Shown piece by piece: positions 12,563-24,944 of a stretch of 64,000 nucleotides of DNA. The notes under the pieces were generated by a model. The model made no database searches and was not told where the DNA came from. It was given only the letters and a program-made list of their open reading frames with translations. The position numbers and the translations under genes are program-made. Numbering within the stretch: the stretch's first letter is position 1; every line of letters starts with the position of its first letter. Origin of the DNA: Ascoidea asiatica JCM 7603 (taxonomy: Eukaryota > Fungi > Ascomycota); contig BCKQ01000009.1 of the NCBI GenBank assembly GCA_001600695.1, positions 45,330 to 109,329 of the forward strand, in the 5' to 3' direction.

Positions 12563-12730
12563 ATGCAATTCAAACAAGTTATCATTGCCGCTTTAGCCAT
12601 TGCTTCAGTTCAAGCTGCTAACACTTCAAATGTTTCTAACACCACCACCTCTACTGATTCTGGTGCTTCAAACTTACAACCTGGTTTAATAGCTGCTGCT
12701 GCTGTTGCCGGTGTTGCTTTCTTATTATAA
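12563..12730 (+). CDS. 55-aa Hor7/Ddr2-like small secreted or membrane stress protein (below the ORF-track cutoff)
   Basis: Translates to MQFKQVIIAALAIASVQAANTSNVSNTTTSTDSGASNLQPGLIAAAAVAGVAFLL*. Signal peptide, three N-glycosylation sequons and a hydrophobic tail ending AFLL. High-expression codons (aac, acc, gcc, gct), AAAATG context and an upstream TATA box. Confidence 0.85.
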   Translation: MQFKQVIIAALAIASVQAANTSNVSNTTTSTDSGASNLQPGLIAAAAVAGVAFLL

Positions 12731-13307
12731 GCAAATTAACCATTTAATATAAAATTTTCATTTTTTTATTTTATTTAGTCATAAAACTTTTTAATTTAAT
12801 TTAATTAAATTTAATTTAAATTGTGTATCATTATGGTATTAATTTTAATTTTAATTGTTTATTAATTAATTATTAATATAATTTGCTTATTCTTTTTTAA
12901 TTTTTTATTTTCATCCTTTTTCTTTCTTAATTTCATATTTTGGGTTCCTTTTTTGCTTTTTATTTACCTTTTTAAACTTGTTAATTTCAAGGTTATTGAA
13001 TAACATTTTAATAATTTGTCTATTCTAATCCTTTTATTTCTCACTAATACTTAATACAATTTTATAAATCTTAACTAATTTTATAAATTTAATTTCAAAT
13101 ATAAAATTTTGAACTTTCTTTAAATAATTATCTCTATTGTAGTAGTAGTCTTTCGAATTTGATTTTTATCTTCTAATATTAAAAGATAAGAGGTTTATGT
13201 AGGTTGTAATATGTTATTATTACGCTTCTTTGGAATTTTATTTAGTACTTATATTTTTTATTTTTTATTTATTATTGATAACTATACATTTTTTCTAAAT
13301 TAATTAA

Positions 13308-14359
13308 TTATTCTTCTTGTTCATCTAAAGTTTTAAATATAAAAGTTGGAGTATCTTTTGGAAAATCAATACCTAATTCTAATAAAGTTTTAAAAGCTTT
13401 TGAAAAATCTTTAAATAATTTATTTTCATCTTTTGAATAAATTTGACAAATTTTTTTAAATTTTGGATCAAAAACAAAAGCCATATCACTTGGTAACATC
13501 ATTAATGAATGAGTTTTTGAATCTTCAAATTGTGTATTACCATCCCAATTTTGTTTAATTTCCCATTTTTCATTTAAAATTAATTCAAAAAATTGATTTG
13601 TTACAATATTTGGTGAAAATGTCCAAGGTCCAGTAAATTTTGTATTTTCTTTATGACAACTACCAATACCATGTCCAACACCAATTAATGCAACCATTTC
13701 TTCATCATTAAATCCTAATCTATTAAATACATTTCTAACATGTTCAGCACCTTGTGTTGCATCTGGTAATCTACCATAAGGTGGTTGATTTGTTTTTAAT
13801 AAATTTCTTCTACCTGCTCTCCATGGAATTTTTGGACCATTCATTTCTTGAATTGCAGTTACACCAGCTAAAGTATATAAATCACCATATGAAATCCAAT
13901 TATAATTATTTTTAATATCTTCAAGAAATTCTCTTGCAATTTTTAAACCATTATTACCAGGATCATTTGCTTCATAATCATAAATCATTGTACCACCATA
14001 TGAACCACCTTTACAACCAGAATTATCATTTTTATCAAAAGATCCTGATAAATGCCATGCTAATCTAACTAATACAGGTGCAAAACCAATACCATTATCA
14101 TAATCATCTTTATCTTGAATTTTTTTTGCAATTTCATTATAAATATTTTGATATTCATTAAAAGAAGATTTATCAATATTTGAAGCAACAAAACCTTTAG
14201 TATTAATATTATTATTACTATCTAAATTTGAAGCAACTGTTGCACTTGTACCAAAACCAAATAAACTTTTTAAATAATTGTTATTATTGTTATTATTGTT
14301 ATTATTGTTATTGTTATTATCTCCATTACTATTGGAATTGTTATTTGAATTACTGTTAC

Positions 14360-14392
<33 letters not shown>

Positions 14393-14600
14393 TGAATTTA
14401 TAATTAATAGCAGAATAAGTTGTATAAGCAGTTAAACCTGCACCTGCTCCAGCACCGGCATAATAAAGAAAAGATTTATAACTTGATTTATAACTTGATT
14501 TATAACTTGATTTATAACTTGATTTATAACTTGATTTTGAAGATTGTTTAAAAATTGGAAAACTTTTTAAAAAAGTTTTATTAATTGAAATTGTAGCCAT
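13308..14600 (-). CDS. CCP1: Mitochondrial cytochrome c peroxidase
   Basis: Distal motif VLVRLAWHLSG, plus GGSYGGT, ISYGDLYTLAGV, GPKIPWRAGR, RLPDATQG, proximal His in LIGVGHGIG, FTGPWT and LMMLPSD. The presequence carries repeats and poly-N. Confidence 0.93.
14473..14532. repeat. 12-bp coding minisatellite, 5 copies, encoding (SSYK)n in the Ccp1 presequence
   Basis: gatttataactt x5 on the plus strand. Confidence 0.9.
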
Positions 14601-15408
14601 TGTTTTAATTGAAAATAATAATTATTAATTAAATTTATAATAATAAGAATATATTATTATAAAAGTATACAAATAAAAATTTAATAAGAAAGAATAAGAA
14701 TTGAAGAATAAAAAATATATTGAAATCAAAAAGAGGATATCTTAAACTATTTATAAACTCAAATGATTAACTAATTATAATATTATATTACTTATATTAT
14801 AACAATGATTTAAAATCAATTGATGTTTTTTTTTGATTCAATGCAAAATAAGTCAATAAGAATATAGTCAATAAGAATATAGTCAATAGTAAATATAGTG
14901 AATAAGGAAAATAAAGATTATTAACGTTAGACAAATAAGGGGATAAACTGTAAACAAATTGCCTAATGATTATTTGATTTTTATGTTTTAAATGGGTTCC
15001 ATTGGATTAAAATAAGCTAAATGATTTAATTATGGTCTAGTTTACAATACTATTAATAATAATAATAATCAAATAATCAAATAATCAAATAACCTTTCTA
15101 AGGAATTGCTCTCTCATTATTTCATATTCTATTTCATGGTCCATTTCAATTACATGCTCTAACTCGAAAGCAAACACGCTTCCAATAGAATGCTCCTGGA
15201 TTAATAAGCTGCTAGAAAGCAAAAAAGAAGCAAGAAGCAAGAAGCAAGAAACAAGAAAAGCAAGCAGCAAGCAAGCAATGAAGATTGTTTCTTCCTATCT
15301 CCAATCTCCCTTTAAGCTTGTTTCTCTCCAAACAGCTGCTCTTTTATATATTCGAACTGATGCTCACCTGCTCCTTTGCAGTGCTCTCCCAGCCAGCCAT
15401 GTCTTTTC

Positions 15409-15480
15409 TTAGTCACTTCCCACCTTTTCCCAGCGCAGGCTCTGGAACATGACTAAGCGGAAATGGGGCACTCTGATTGG
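15409..15480. promoter_or_regulatory. Two Yap-response elements and a CCAAT box upstream of CCP1
   Basis: TTAGTCA at 15409-15415, TGACTAA at 15450-15456 and TGATTGG at 15474-15480 (a second TGATTGG at ~15611). Consistent with known Yap1/Hap control of CCP1. Confidence 0.55.
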
Positions 15481-15534
15481 CTGAGATGCAGTTATATGAA
15501 ATATATAGATTTCATCTGATCTGACAGAAGAACT

Positions 15535-15567
<33 letters not shown>

Positions 15568-15711
15568 GAATAATCAAAGTGAGTTTATTTATTATATAAT
15601 GAAAAATATCTGATTGGTGTTATCAGACTATTTTATAGGAAATGAAGGTTTATATACAGACAGATAAAAGAAACAATGTGAATTGGAATGAAGAAAAGAA
15701 TATAAATCAAT

Positions 15712-17091
15712 TTAATGATCTAAAGTTCGAGTTTTGAAATTTTTAATATTAATAATTGGTTCATTACCATTAAATTCATCATGACTTGAAGTATTAATAA
15801 TTATTGATTTATTCAAAAATAATTTATCATATGGAATTATTTCAATAACTGATTTAATTTCAATGTTTTTTTTATTATTAATATTATTATTAATATCATT
15901 AAATATTTCTTCAATTGGATCCATATCATCTTTTAAAATTGAATATATATATATTTTAACTTTTGCCCAAGTATTTTTTGTAGTTTTATCAATTAAAAAA
16001 GTTTCTAAAATTATTAAATTATCATTATCATTTATAAATTCAAGAAATTCTTCATTTGGTTGTAAATAATAATTTACTTTTTTATTATAATTATTATTAA
16101 TATTATCAAAATTATTAAAAATTAATTTATCTAATTTATGATTTGTTAAATTATCAAAATAATTTAAAGTTTTTTGAAATTTTAAAGAATTTAAATTTAA
16201 AAAATTTGAATTTAATTTATTAAATAATTCATTACCATTATATTTTTCAATTTTTAAAAATGGAAATAATTTTAATTCTTTATTTAAAGGAATATAATTA
16301 TTTAATTGATAAATTGAAGATAATTTTAATAAATTATTTAATTTATTTGAAAATCTAATTTGAATATTTTTTTCATTATTTTCAATTGAATAAATTATTC
16401 TTAATAAAATTTGATTTAAAAAATTTTGATCATTTAAATTTAATAAAAAATTATTATTATTTTTGAAATTTAATGTGGAATTTAAAAAATAATTTGAAAT
16501 TTTATTTAAAGATATAATTTTTTTAGTTTTTTTATAAAAATTTATTAAAATTATTGAAATTACTATTATTGGTATAATTAAAAATAATATTGGTAATGCA
16601 ATAAATATAAAAAAATATCCAAATATGAAAACTCCAGATAATAATTTAATTGAATCTGGAATTGAATACCATAATAATAATAAACTTTCTTTAAATTTTG
16701 AATTTAAATTACTTCTATTATTATAATGAAAGTTTCTTTTAATATTGAAATATTTATTACAATTTTTATTTGATTCTTGAATATAATTTCTTTTAAATGT
16801 TTTAATCTTTACATCATTTGAAAAAATAATAGAAAATGGTTTGTATTTTGAATTAAAATATGATTTTGAATATAATTTTGAATATAAATTTGAATATAAA
16901 TTTGAATTAGAAATTGAATTGGAAATTGAATATGGTTTTGAATTAATAGTTTTTATTGAAAAACTTTTTAATGGAATATAATATGAGGAAGATGAGGAGG
17001 ATAAAGTTAATGGAAATAATTTATTTTTTGAAAATATTGGCTTTAAATTGCCTATTGAAAGATTTATTCTTAAAGCATTACTCCAAAACAT
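15712..17091 (-). CDS. Mitochondrial inner-membrane protein, probably Mrx9 (YDL027C)-like
   Basis: Acid-free basic presequence and a long hydrophobic segment (WYSIPDSIKLLSGVFIFGYFFIFIALPILFLIIPIIV...FYKK), then RIIYSIENNE and SVIEIIP. These resemble Mrx9 as I recall it, and MRX9 neighbours MPS1/ARP2 in S. cerevisiae. Needs an HMM search. Confidence 0.55.
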   Translation of the reverse strand: MFWSNALRINLSIGNLKPIFSKNKLFPLTLSSSSSSYYIPLKSFSIKTINSKPYSISNSISNSNLYSNLYSKLYSKSYFNSKYKPFSIIFSNDVKIKTFKRNYIQESNKNCNKYFNIKRNFHYNNRSNLNSKFKESLLLLWYSIPDSIKLLSGVFIFGYFFIFIALPILFLIIPIIVISIILINFYKKTKKIISLNKISNYFLNSTLNFKNNNNFLLNLNDQNFLNQILLRIIYSIENNEKNIQIRFSNKLNNLLKLSSIYQLNNYIPLNKELKLFPFLKIEKYNGNELFNKLNSNFLNLNSLKFQKTLNYFDNLTNHKLDKLIFNNFDNINNNYNKKVNYYLQPNEEFLEFINDNDNLIILETFLIDKTTKNTWAKVKIYIYSILKDDMDPIEEIFNDINNNINNKKNIEIKSVIEIIPYDKLFLNKSIIINTSSHDEFNGNEPIINIKNFKTRTLDH

Positions 17092-17497
17092 ATTTCAATC
17101 TAAAGTCTATCTCTTTTAAATTCAAATTATATTTGATTAAATTCAATTCAATTCAATTTTTAATTCTTCTGGTTTTAATATTTCCAACTATTTCTTTAAA
17201 TCTTTTGATCTGATTCAAATATTGAATATATCTTCATTGAAGCATTTTGCTTCCGGTTCAATCCGACTCGGGACTAGAGTTAGAAGTAATAAACTCGTGA
17301 CCTCCACTGTAATGGCAAATCACACAATCCGGATTGGTAAGTCGACGGTCGGAAGTGGCAAACAAAGAAAGAGTGAAGAAAGAAAAGTCTACAAAAGAAG
17401 AAGGAAATTGAATTGAACTGAACTGCTTCTACTGCAAGAACAGGATTGAATGTAGAAGAAGTTACCAGATACTACTGCTGCAAAGAGAAACAATAAT

Positions 17498-18268
17498 ATG
17501 AGTCTGGATAATGAACAGCCCAAATGTCCTGTGGATCATGCCACTAGAGATGCTTGGTTAAAAAACCAACAAAAAGAAGCACAGAAAGATAAAAAAAACA
17601 TAGAGAAATCCCCCGTAGATCATAATAATGTTAATACTAAGACTTCAAAATCTTCTTGGTTTAGTTTTTGGGCAAGTGATTCATCATCACCTTCAGTCTC
17701 TATAAATAATAATAATGAAGCTTGTTCTTCAAATACTGTTAAAGATTTATTAAATAATGAAAATTTAAATACTTCAAAATTACCTGATCAAAGACAGATA
17801 TCTTCAATACCAAGAACAGGTACTGATTCAAATTGGGTTTACCCTTCTCAAAAACAATTTTTTGAATCAATGAAAAGAAAAAAATGGGATCCAGAAGAAA
17901 AAGATATGAAATCAATAGTACCTATACATAATTTTGTTAATGAACAAGCATGGCATTTAATTCAATTATGGGAAAAAAATCAAGGTGGAGAAAATTGTGG
18001 TGGAATTAAATTAACAAGTTTTAAAGGTGATTCTAAAAAATTAACTCCAAGAGCAAGATGGAAAATGCTTATGGGTTATCAAAAACCTTTTGATAGACAT
18101 GATTGGACAATTAATAGATGTGGAACTGAAATTGAATATGTTATAGATTTTTATACTGGAAAACAATTACCAAATAGTGATTTACCAAGTTTTTTCTTAG
18201 ATGTTAGACCAAAACTTAATACTTATGAAGGTGCAAAATTAAGATTATTAAAAATCCTTGGTTATTAA
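17498..18268 (+). CDS. CYT2: Holocytochrome c1 synthase (cytochrome c1 heme lyase)
   Basis: Motifs KCPVDH, SSIPRTG, WVYPSQKQFF, VPIHNFVNE, CGGIKLTSFKGDSKKLTPRA and PFDRHDWTINRCG. The CGGIKL segment favours Cyt2 over Cyc3. Confidence 0.9.
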   Translation: MSLDNEQPKCPVDHATRDAWLKNQQKEAQKDKKNIEKSPVDHNNVNTKTSKSSWFSFWASDSSSPSVSINNNNEACSSNTVKDLLNNENLNTSKLPDQRQISSIPRTGTDSNWVYPSQKQFFESMKRKKWDPEEKDMKSIVPIHNFVNEQAWHLIQLWEKNQGGENCGGIKLTSFKGDSKKLTPRARWKMLMGYQKPFDRHDWTINRCGTEIEYVIDFYTGKQLPNSDLPSFFLDVRPKLNTYEGAKLRLLKILGY

Positions 18269-18591
18269 TTTAATCTTTTTATACAACTTTTATCTGTAAA
18301 TATCATCAATGTAATAAATACTGTAAAGTTATAGTTATCAGTAACTTAACTTAGTTTACCAAATTTAAGCATTTCAAGTTTTCAAACAAGCTAAAAATAC
18401 ACGTGAAAACCCCCGGTTAAACCTAATTAGGAACTTTGATTATTTTGAGTTTCGACTTTCGAAAAATATTGAAAAAAATTGGAAATTTGTAGAAATTTCA
18501 AAGATTTCAATGAAAAAAAAATGAATAAATCATTAAAAAAACAATTGACAAATACCAATTATCAAAAAAAAAATTATAGTACTTTCACAAA

Positions 18592-19803
18592 ATGTCTTTT
18601 CAAGAATATAAAGAGTTTGTCGAAGAAGGTGATCTAGTTTTAGTTTGGATTGGAAGAGATAATTATAAACCAATATATATTAATTCAAAAGAAAATCAAA
18701 GTTTAAATACAAGATATGGTTCTTTTCCACATTCTTCAATGATTTCTCAAAGATTTGGTTCTCAAATTGCTTCAAAATCAGGTAAAGGTTTTATATATCT
18801 TTTAGCTCCAACTCCTGAATTATGGACTTTATCTTTACCACATAGAACTCAAATTGTATATACTCCAGATTCTTCATATATAATTCAAAGATTAAATATT
18901 TTACCAGATTCAAGAATAATTGAAGCAGGTACTGGATCTGGTTCATTTTCACATTCTTTTGCAAGATCAATAGAAAAAAATTGTAATGGATTATTATTTT
19001 CATATGAATTTCATGAAAAGAGATATTTAGAAGCAAAAGATGAATTTGAAAAACATAAATTACTTAATGAAAAAATTTTAATAACTCATAGAGATGTTTG
19101 TAATGATGGTTTTAAAATTAAAGAAATTGAAAAAATTAATGCAACTGCAATATTCTTAGATTTACCATCTCCATGGACTGCAATTCCACATTTAAATGAA
19201 GTAATTGATAAAAATAAATTTGTTTCAATTTGTTGTTTTTCACCATGTATTGAACAAGTTGAAAAAACCATAACTTCATTAAAAAATAATGGTTGGGTTA
19301 ATATTGAAATGGTTGAAGTTCAGGGGAGAAAATGGAGAGCAAATAAAATAATGATAAAAGATTTAGATGATGTAGTTAATAGATTAAAAGATGTTAAAAA
19401 AAGAAAAATTGAAGGATATGCTGAAGAAAATAATAAAAGAAATAAAAAAAGAAATTCAACTGAATTAGATTCACAAGTAGATAATACGTCGACAGAAGAT
19501 ATTCCAATAGAAGATACACCAATAGAAAGCAAATCAGTAGAGAATATATTGGAAAAAAATATTTCCGAAAAAGATTCAAAAAATGAAGAAAAGTTAGAAG
19601 AACTTAAAAAAGAACAGCCAATAAATAGGAAAGCTAGAGGATTTAATCCTTTTGGACGTGGATTAAGAGTCAAAGAAGGTGATGAAAATTATAAATGGTT
19701 AAATTCAAGTAAAAACGAACAAGAAATAAAAACTCATACGAGTTATTTAACATTTGCATCTAGAGAAGCTGAAATAGAATTAATTCCTATAAAAGTGATA
19801 TAG
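18592..19803 (+). CDS. GCD14: tRNA m1A58 methyltransferase catalytic subunit (Trm61)
   Basis: Motifs PTPELWTLSLPHRTQIVY, IEAGTGSGSFSH, FLDLPSPW, CCFSPCIEQV and THTSYLTFA. Confidence 0.96.
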   Translation: MSFQEYKEFVEEGDLVLVWIGRDNYKPIYINSKENQSLNTRYGSFPHSSMISQRFGSQIASKSGKGFIYLLAPTPELWTLSLPHRTQIVYTPDSSYIIQRLNILPDSRIIEAGTGSGSFSHSFARSIEKNCNGLLFSYEFHEKRYLEAKDEFEKHKLLNEKILITHRDVCNDGFKIKEIEKINATAIFLDLPSPWTAIPHLNEVIDKNKFVSICCFSPCIEQVEKTITSLKNNGWVNIEMVEVQGRKWRANKIMIKDLDDVVNRLKDVKKRKIEGYAEENNKRNKKRNSTELDSQVDNTSTEDIPIEDTPIESKSVENILEKNISEKDSKNEEKLEELKKEQPINRKARGFNPFGRGLRVKEGDENYKWLNSSKNEQEIKTHTSYLTFASREAEIELIPIKVI

Positions 19804-20500
19804 ATTATATATTTAAAATAAAACTAAATTATCTTTTATATTGTAGATTATCCTTTAACCATATAACCATGCTACTTCAATTGTTTCTGATCTCCAGCTC
19901 TCATTAAAAACCTGATAAGATCAAAGGAATATAATCAAAACAATAATAAATAATCAAAACAATCAATATCAATATCAATATTAATATCAATAACAAAATC
20001 GAAAGGTTCTCGCACATTGTTACCAATGCAGTGCTTTTTAAGCGTACGAGCCTTCAGGTTTGATGCAAAGTTTCTTTCGTATCAAAACTTCCGCAAAAGG
20101 CTCGCAAATATTCACTTAGAACCTATTTAAAAATAAAAACGAAGAAGTGAAAAATAATTCAGTTATTCAATTAATTATTTAATTAATTAATTGTTTATTA
20201 AATTGTCCTATTTTCAATTGAAATATAAAAGAATTAACAACAATTAAGTGAATTCTATATAAGAATATTAATTGCAAATAGTATTGATATATCAATTCCA
20301 TTAGAGCATGGTGAAAACTTTTCTCTTCATTAGATTTTATACTCTACTTTCATTATATATCTAGGTTCTAATATCCTGTGAATAATTAAGAAATTTTAAA
20401 CTATTTTATTCCCATCTGAATAATATCATGAATTGGTCAAATTTTAAAGTCCTTTAGTTTCAATCTTTCAGTTCATTTTTTTTTCAACAAATAAAATACA

Positions 20501-21308
20501 ATGAATTCTCTAAGAACTTTACCAATCAATTCCAAAATTGCTGTTATTGGAGGTGGTATATCTGGTCTATCTTATGCTTATTTCTTGACAACATTAAGAC
20601 CGGATTTAAGTATAACAATCTTTGAATCTTCTTGGAAAACTGGTGGCTATATTTATTCTTCAAAAACGAATCTTGTAAATAATAATATAAATACCAATAC
20701 CAATACAAACAAAGAAAAAATAGACTTAATTCCAATAAATAATCTCACCACTAAAACAAAACAAAACTCAATTTTATTTGAAAAGGGCCCAAGAACTTTA
20801 AGAGGAAGATCTGATGGAACTTTAATAATTCTTGATCTATTCTCAAGATTTAATAAACTAGATGAAATTTATGCAATATCGAAAAATTCCCTAGCTAATA
20901 AAAAATACCTTTTATCAAATGATAATAAATTAATTCAAGTACCAAATTCAATGTATAAGAATCCCTCAGTTTTCTTTAAATTTATCTTCTCTTCAGTTTT
21001 TTGTTTCCATAAAAATTTCTTCAATTTACTTCTTGAACCTTTCAAGCCATTAAAATTGGAAAAAGTTGATGAGTCTGTTCAAAGTTTTTTCAGTAGAAGA
21101 ATTGGAAAAGAATTTAGTCAAAATATTGTTAGTGCAGTTTATCATGGAATTTATGCTGGAGATATTGCAAGACTTTCTGTTAAATCTCTTATGCCTGCAA
21201 TGTATAATATTGAAAAAAGTGGGCATTCTTTATTTGGGATATGTTTAATCAGACTTGCAAATTTTTTAAAAACTAAAATTAAAAATAAATTTATAGGCAA
21301 AAATAAAA

Positions 21309-21339
<31 letters not shown>

Positions 21340-22351
21340 TTCAACAAGTATATTGTCAAAAGATTTACAAACTTATCAATCAATTTTTAAAGAAAATTGT
21401 TTAAATTTAAATGGTTTATCTTTATTTTTGAAGAATGCACCTATGCTTTCGTTTGTAAAGGGTTTACAATCTTTAACCAATGGTTTACAAAAACTGATTT
21501 TACTCAATCCTAAAAATAAACTAATTTTGAATGATCCTGTTATATCAATAAAAAAGAATAAACTCAATAATGAAATCATCATAAATACAAGTCTGAATGT
21601 AAACCAAAGTTTTAATTTTGTTAAATCAAGTGTTAATGCACCCACATTGACTAAAATACTTTCAAATACTTTGAAATCTACTAATAAAGTTCAAAAACAA
21701 TTACTTGAAAAACTAACTAAAATAAATTATGTAAATGTTTGTTTGGTAAATGTATATATACCTAATGAAGATATTTTAAAAAATCATCATGGCTTTGGTT
21801 ATTTAATTCCAAAAGCTTACTATTCAAAAACTAATAATTCAGAAAATCTGTTAGGTGTAATTTTTGATTCAGATATTGAAAAATCAAGATCTTTATTATT
21901 TACTCCAGAAGTTTCTAAACTTTTAACAAATCAAAGCTCTATTTTTTCAAAAGATTTCAAGTTTCCAATAATAAAAGATGAGTTTGAAAAAAACAATTCA
22001 AATTATTCAAAAATTACAGTAATTATTGGTGGTCATTACTGGTCTTATAATAAAGATTTTATAATTCCTTCAAAATCAATCGCAAAACACATTTGTAAAA
22101 ATGCATTATATAAACAAGTGGGCATTGATTTAGAGAAATATAACGATGCCATAATAGAAATTGAATTTATTGAAAAATCAATTCCTCAATATGAAGTTGG
22201 TTTTGATGATCTTAGAGAAAATATTCATAAAGATATAAATGAGGTTTTTGAAGATAGTTTGAAACTTGGAGGTATGTCTTTTTCTAGAGGAATTGGAGTT
22301 CCAGATTGTGTTTTGAATGGCTTCAAAGAAGCACTTAATGATAGTAAATAG
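20501..22351 (+). CDS. HEM14: Protoporphyrinogen oxidase
   Basis: FAD motif IAVIGGGISGL, plus FEKGPRTLRG, HGIYAGD, GFGYLIP, LGVIFDS, IPQYEVG and GIGVPDCV. Confidence 0.94.
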
Positions 22352-22702
22352 ATCTTGATTTGTAAACTATAAACATATAGAAGAACATAATGATACCTTG
22401 TATATTAAAAAATAAATTATTTTTCGTTAACTTGTTTGAAAACAAATTCAAGTTTCAATGTTTTGTAAGTTTCTTCGAAGAACCAAAAGCTTCACTTCAC
22501 TTCAGTAGAACTTTGAGCCCATAAAAATTAAAAATATCGTTCCCGGTTTTTAACTATGCGAAATCATTTTTCCTCCATAGTGAAAAAAAAGGTAACGATA
22601 ACTGACAATAAAAGTAATCGATAAAAAAATGTAGTTTTGTGTCTTTATGTATTGCTTTTTTCAATAAGAAGTATAAAAAGATTTATAAATGTTGAAGTAG
22701 AT

Positions 22703-24460
22703 ATGATTCCAATTTATCTGCGTGGAGCATCAATATCAATTACAAATAAGAGTTATTTAGAGTTTTTAAGAAATGGAATATTGGAAAGAAGTCGATTCTT
22801 TTCTTCAACAACAGCCCAAAATAATGATTCAAATGAAAAGAAATTTGTTCATGATTATTCAGTAAATCCAACTACTTTTTCTTTTCAATTACCTAATAAA
22901 AAAGATTTCGATCCTAAAGAGATAAAAATAAGTCCAAATCCTGTATCACTTTTATTCGAAAACATTGGAGTAAAGACTTCACTTTCAAATTATAAAGATA
23001 ATGAGAGTAATTTTGAACAATATCCATTATATGATTTTAAAAAGTTAAGCAAGAAAACTGTAAATAAAACTTTAAGACCTAAGAATATTAGATTAACTTC
23101 AAAAGATTTCATTGATGATAGTTTATATAATCCAAATTATGGATATTTTAATAACTCCGATGTTGAAATTTTTCATTTAAATGATTCAATTGATTTTTCA
23201 AAACTAAAAGACAATGATGATTTTTTAGATCAATGGGAAAAAAATTATAAAATTTATGATGAAAAAAATAAATCATCTTCCAAGAATATTCAATTATGGC
23301 ATACACCAACTGAATTATTTCAACCATATTATGGAGAAGCTTTAGCAAGATATTTACTAGTCAATTATAAATTAACTCATTATCCATATAAGGATTTAAT
23401 AATTTATGAAATGGGAGCAGGTAATGGAACATTAATGAAAAATATCTTAGATTTTATTAAAAGAGTTGATCCTGAAGTTTATTCAAAGACTCAATATAAA
23501 ATTATAGAAATTTCATCAAATTTAGCAAATAAACAAAAATTACAAATTTCAAATAGTTTAATCAATTTAAAAAACAATTCCGAACATCATTCAAAAATAA
23601 AAATTATAAATAGATCAATATTTGATTGGAAAATGAAAATTTTAGAACCATGTTATTTTATTGCCTTAGAAGTTTTCGATAATTTTTCTCATGATATTAT
23701 AAGATATAATAATTTAACACAACAACCATATCAAGGATATGTTGTAATTGATGAGCATGGAGATTTTCAAGAATATTTTAATCCAGAATTAGATTATTGG
23801 TCTAATCTTTTCTTGAGTTTAAGAGAAAAAGGAAATTATCCACAAATTAATAAAAAAAGAAAACTTTTAAATTATTTGAAACCAGAACATCCATTAGATC
23901 AACCTGAATTTTGGAGAATTACTGCAAATCAATTATGGCCATTTAGAAATAATTTAACTTATCGTTCTGAGTTTATTCCAACAAAACTATTAGAATTTTT
24001 TCATATTTTAAAAGAATATTTTCCTAATCATTCTTTATTATCTTCTGATTTCAATTATCTACCAAGTAGTATACCGAATGCTTTCAATGGACCTGTTGTT
24101 CAAACATTTTTCTCAAAATCACCAGATACTTCATTAGATAAAAAAAATCCAGATTCAATTCAAGAAGTTAAAAATGGAAATAAAACTCTTAAAGTTCAAT
24201 TTAAAAAAAAGAGAAATCTTCATGATAAAGTTATTTCAACAGATACATATATGGTTAATCAAGGTTATTTTGATATAATGTTTCCAACAAATTTCCAACT
24301 TGCTTCAGATTTATATAGACAAGTAACTGGAAAAGAGTCCAAAATTGAATCTCACAATGATTTTTTACGTCAATGGGGAGATTTGGAAGCAACTTCTACC
24401 AAGAAGGGAGAAAACCCAATGGTCGAGTTCTATAGAAACGTTTCATTCTTTTATTCATAG
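22703..24460 (+). CDS. Mitochondrial SAM-dependent protein-arginine methyltransferase, NDUFAF7/MidA family (YKL162C-like)
   Basis: Motifs DFIDDSLYNPNYGYF, QLWHTPTELFQPYYG, IYEMGAGNGTLM, IALEVFDNFSHD and GYFDIMFPTNF. First ATG is at 22703; the track start at 22637 is TTG. Confidence 0.88.
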   Translation: MIPIYLRGASISITNKSYLEFLRNGILERSRFFSSTTAQNNDSNEKKFVHDYSVNPTTFSFQLPNKKDFDPKEIKISPNPVSLLFENIGVKTSLSNYKDNESNFEQYPLYDFKKLSKKTVNKTLRPKNIRLTSKDFIDDSLYNPNYGYFNNSDVEIFHLNDSIDFSKLKDNDDFLDQWEKNYKIYDEKNKSSSKNIQLWHTPTELFQPYYGEALARYLLVNYKLTHYPYKDLIIYEMGAGNGTLMKNILDFIKRVDPEVYSKTQYKIIEISSNLANKQKLQISNSLINLKNNSEHHSKIKIINRSIFDWKMKILEPCYFIALEVFDNFSHDIIRYNNLTQQPYQGYVVIDEHGDFQEYFNPELDYWSNLFLSLREKGNYPQINKKRKLLNYLKPEHPLDQPEFWRITANQLWPFRNNLTYRSEFIPTKLLEFFHILKEYFPNHSLLSSDFNYLPSSIPNAFNGPVVQTFFSKSPDTSLDKKNPDSIQEVKNGNKTLKVQFKKKRNLHDKVISTDTYMVNQGYFDIMFPTNFQLASDLYRQVTGKESKIESHNDFLRQWGDLEATSTKKGENPMVEFYRNVSFFYS

Positions 24461-24944
24461 ATTGCTTAAACAAATAAAAACTCTGTAAATAAATGAATTC
24501 TTGTAAAAGCTGATAATAATTTCAATTTTACTTTAACGATTCAATTCAATTCTATTCAATTGAATAGGATATTCATTAATTTGAATTTATTTTGTATTTC
24601 TTCTGCAGTTCGAATTGAAGCAAAGAAGGAGCGTGTCTAAAACTACGCATGTAACGAGTACTGTACTGAAATATACACGGCCTCTTTGAAATTTTGACCA
24701 CTTTTTTTGGGTTTTAATTCTAATTCAAGACAAAACAATTGAATATAACTTAAATATATCGCGATAAGAAGAGCTATTCTAAATAATAATTATACTAATT
24801 AGATCACCCAGAATAACAAACTTAATATTATATATCAAAAAATATTATAAATCAAACCTATATTTAAACAAAACCTATATTTCAGAGAAACTTCATTTCA
24901 TTTCTCATTCCCAAGTCTATCAGTAATACTATAATTCAATAATA

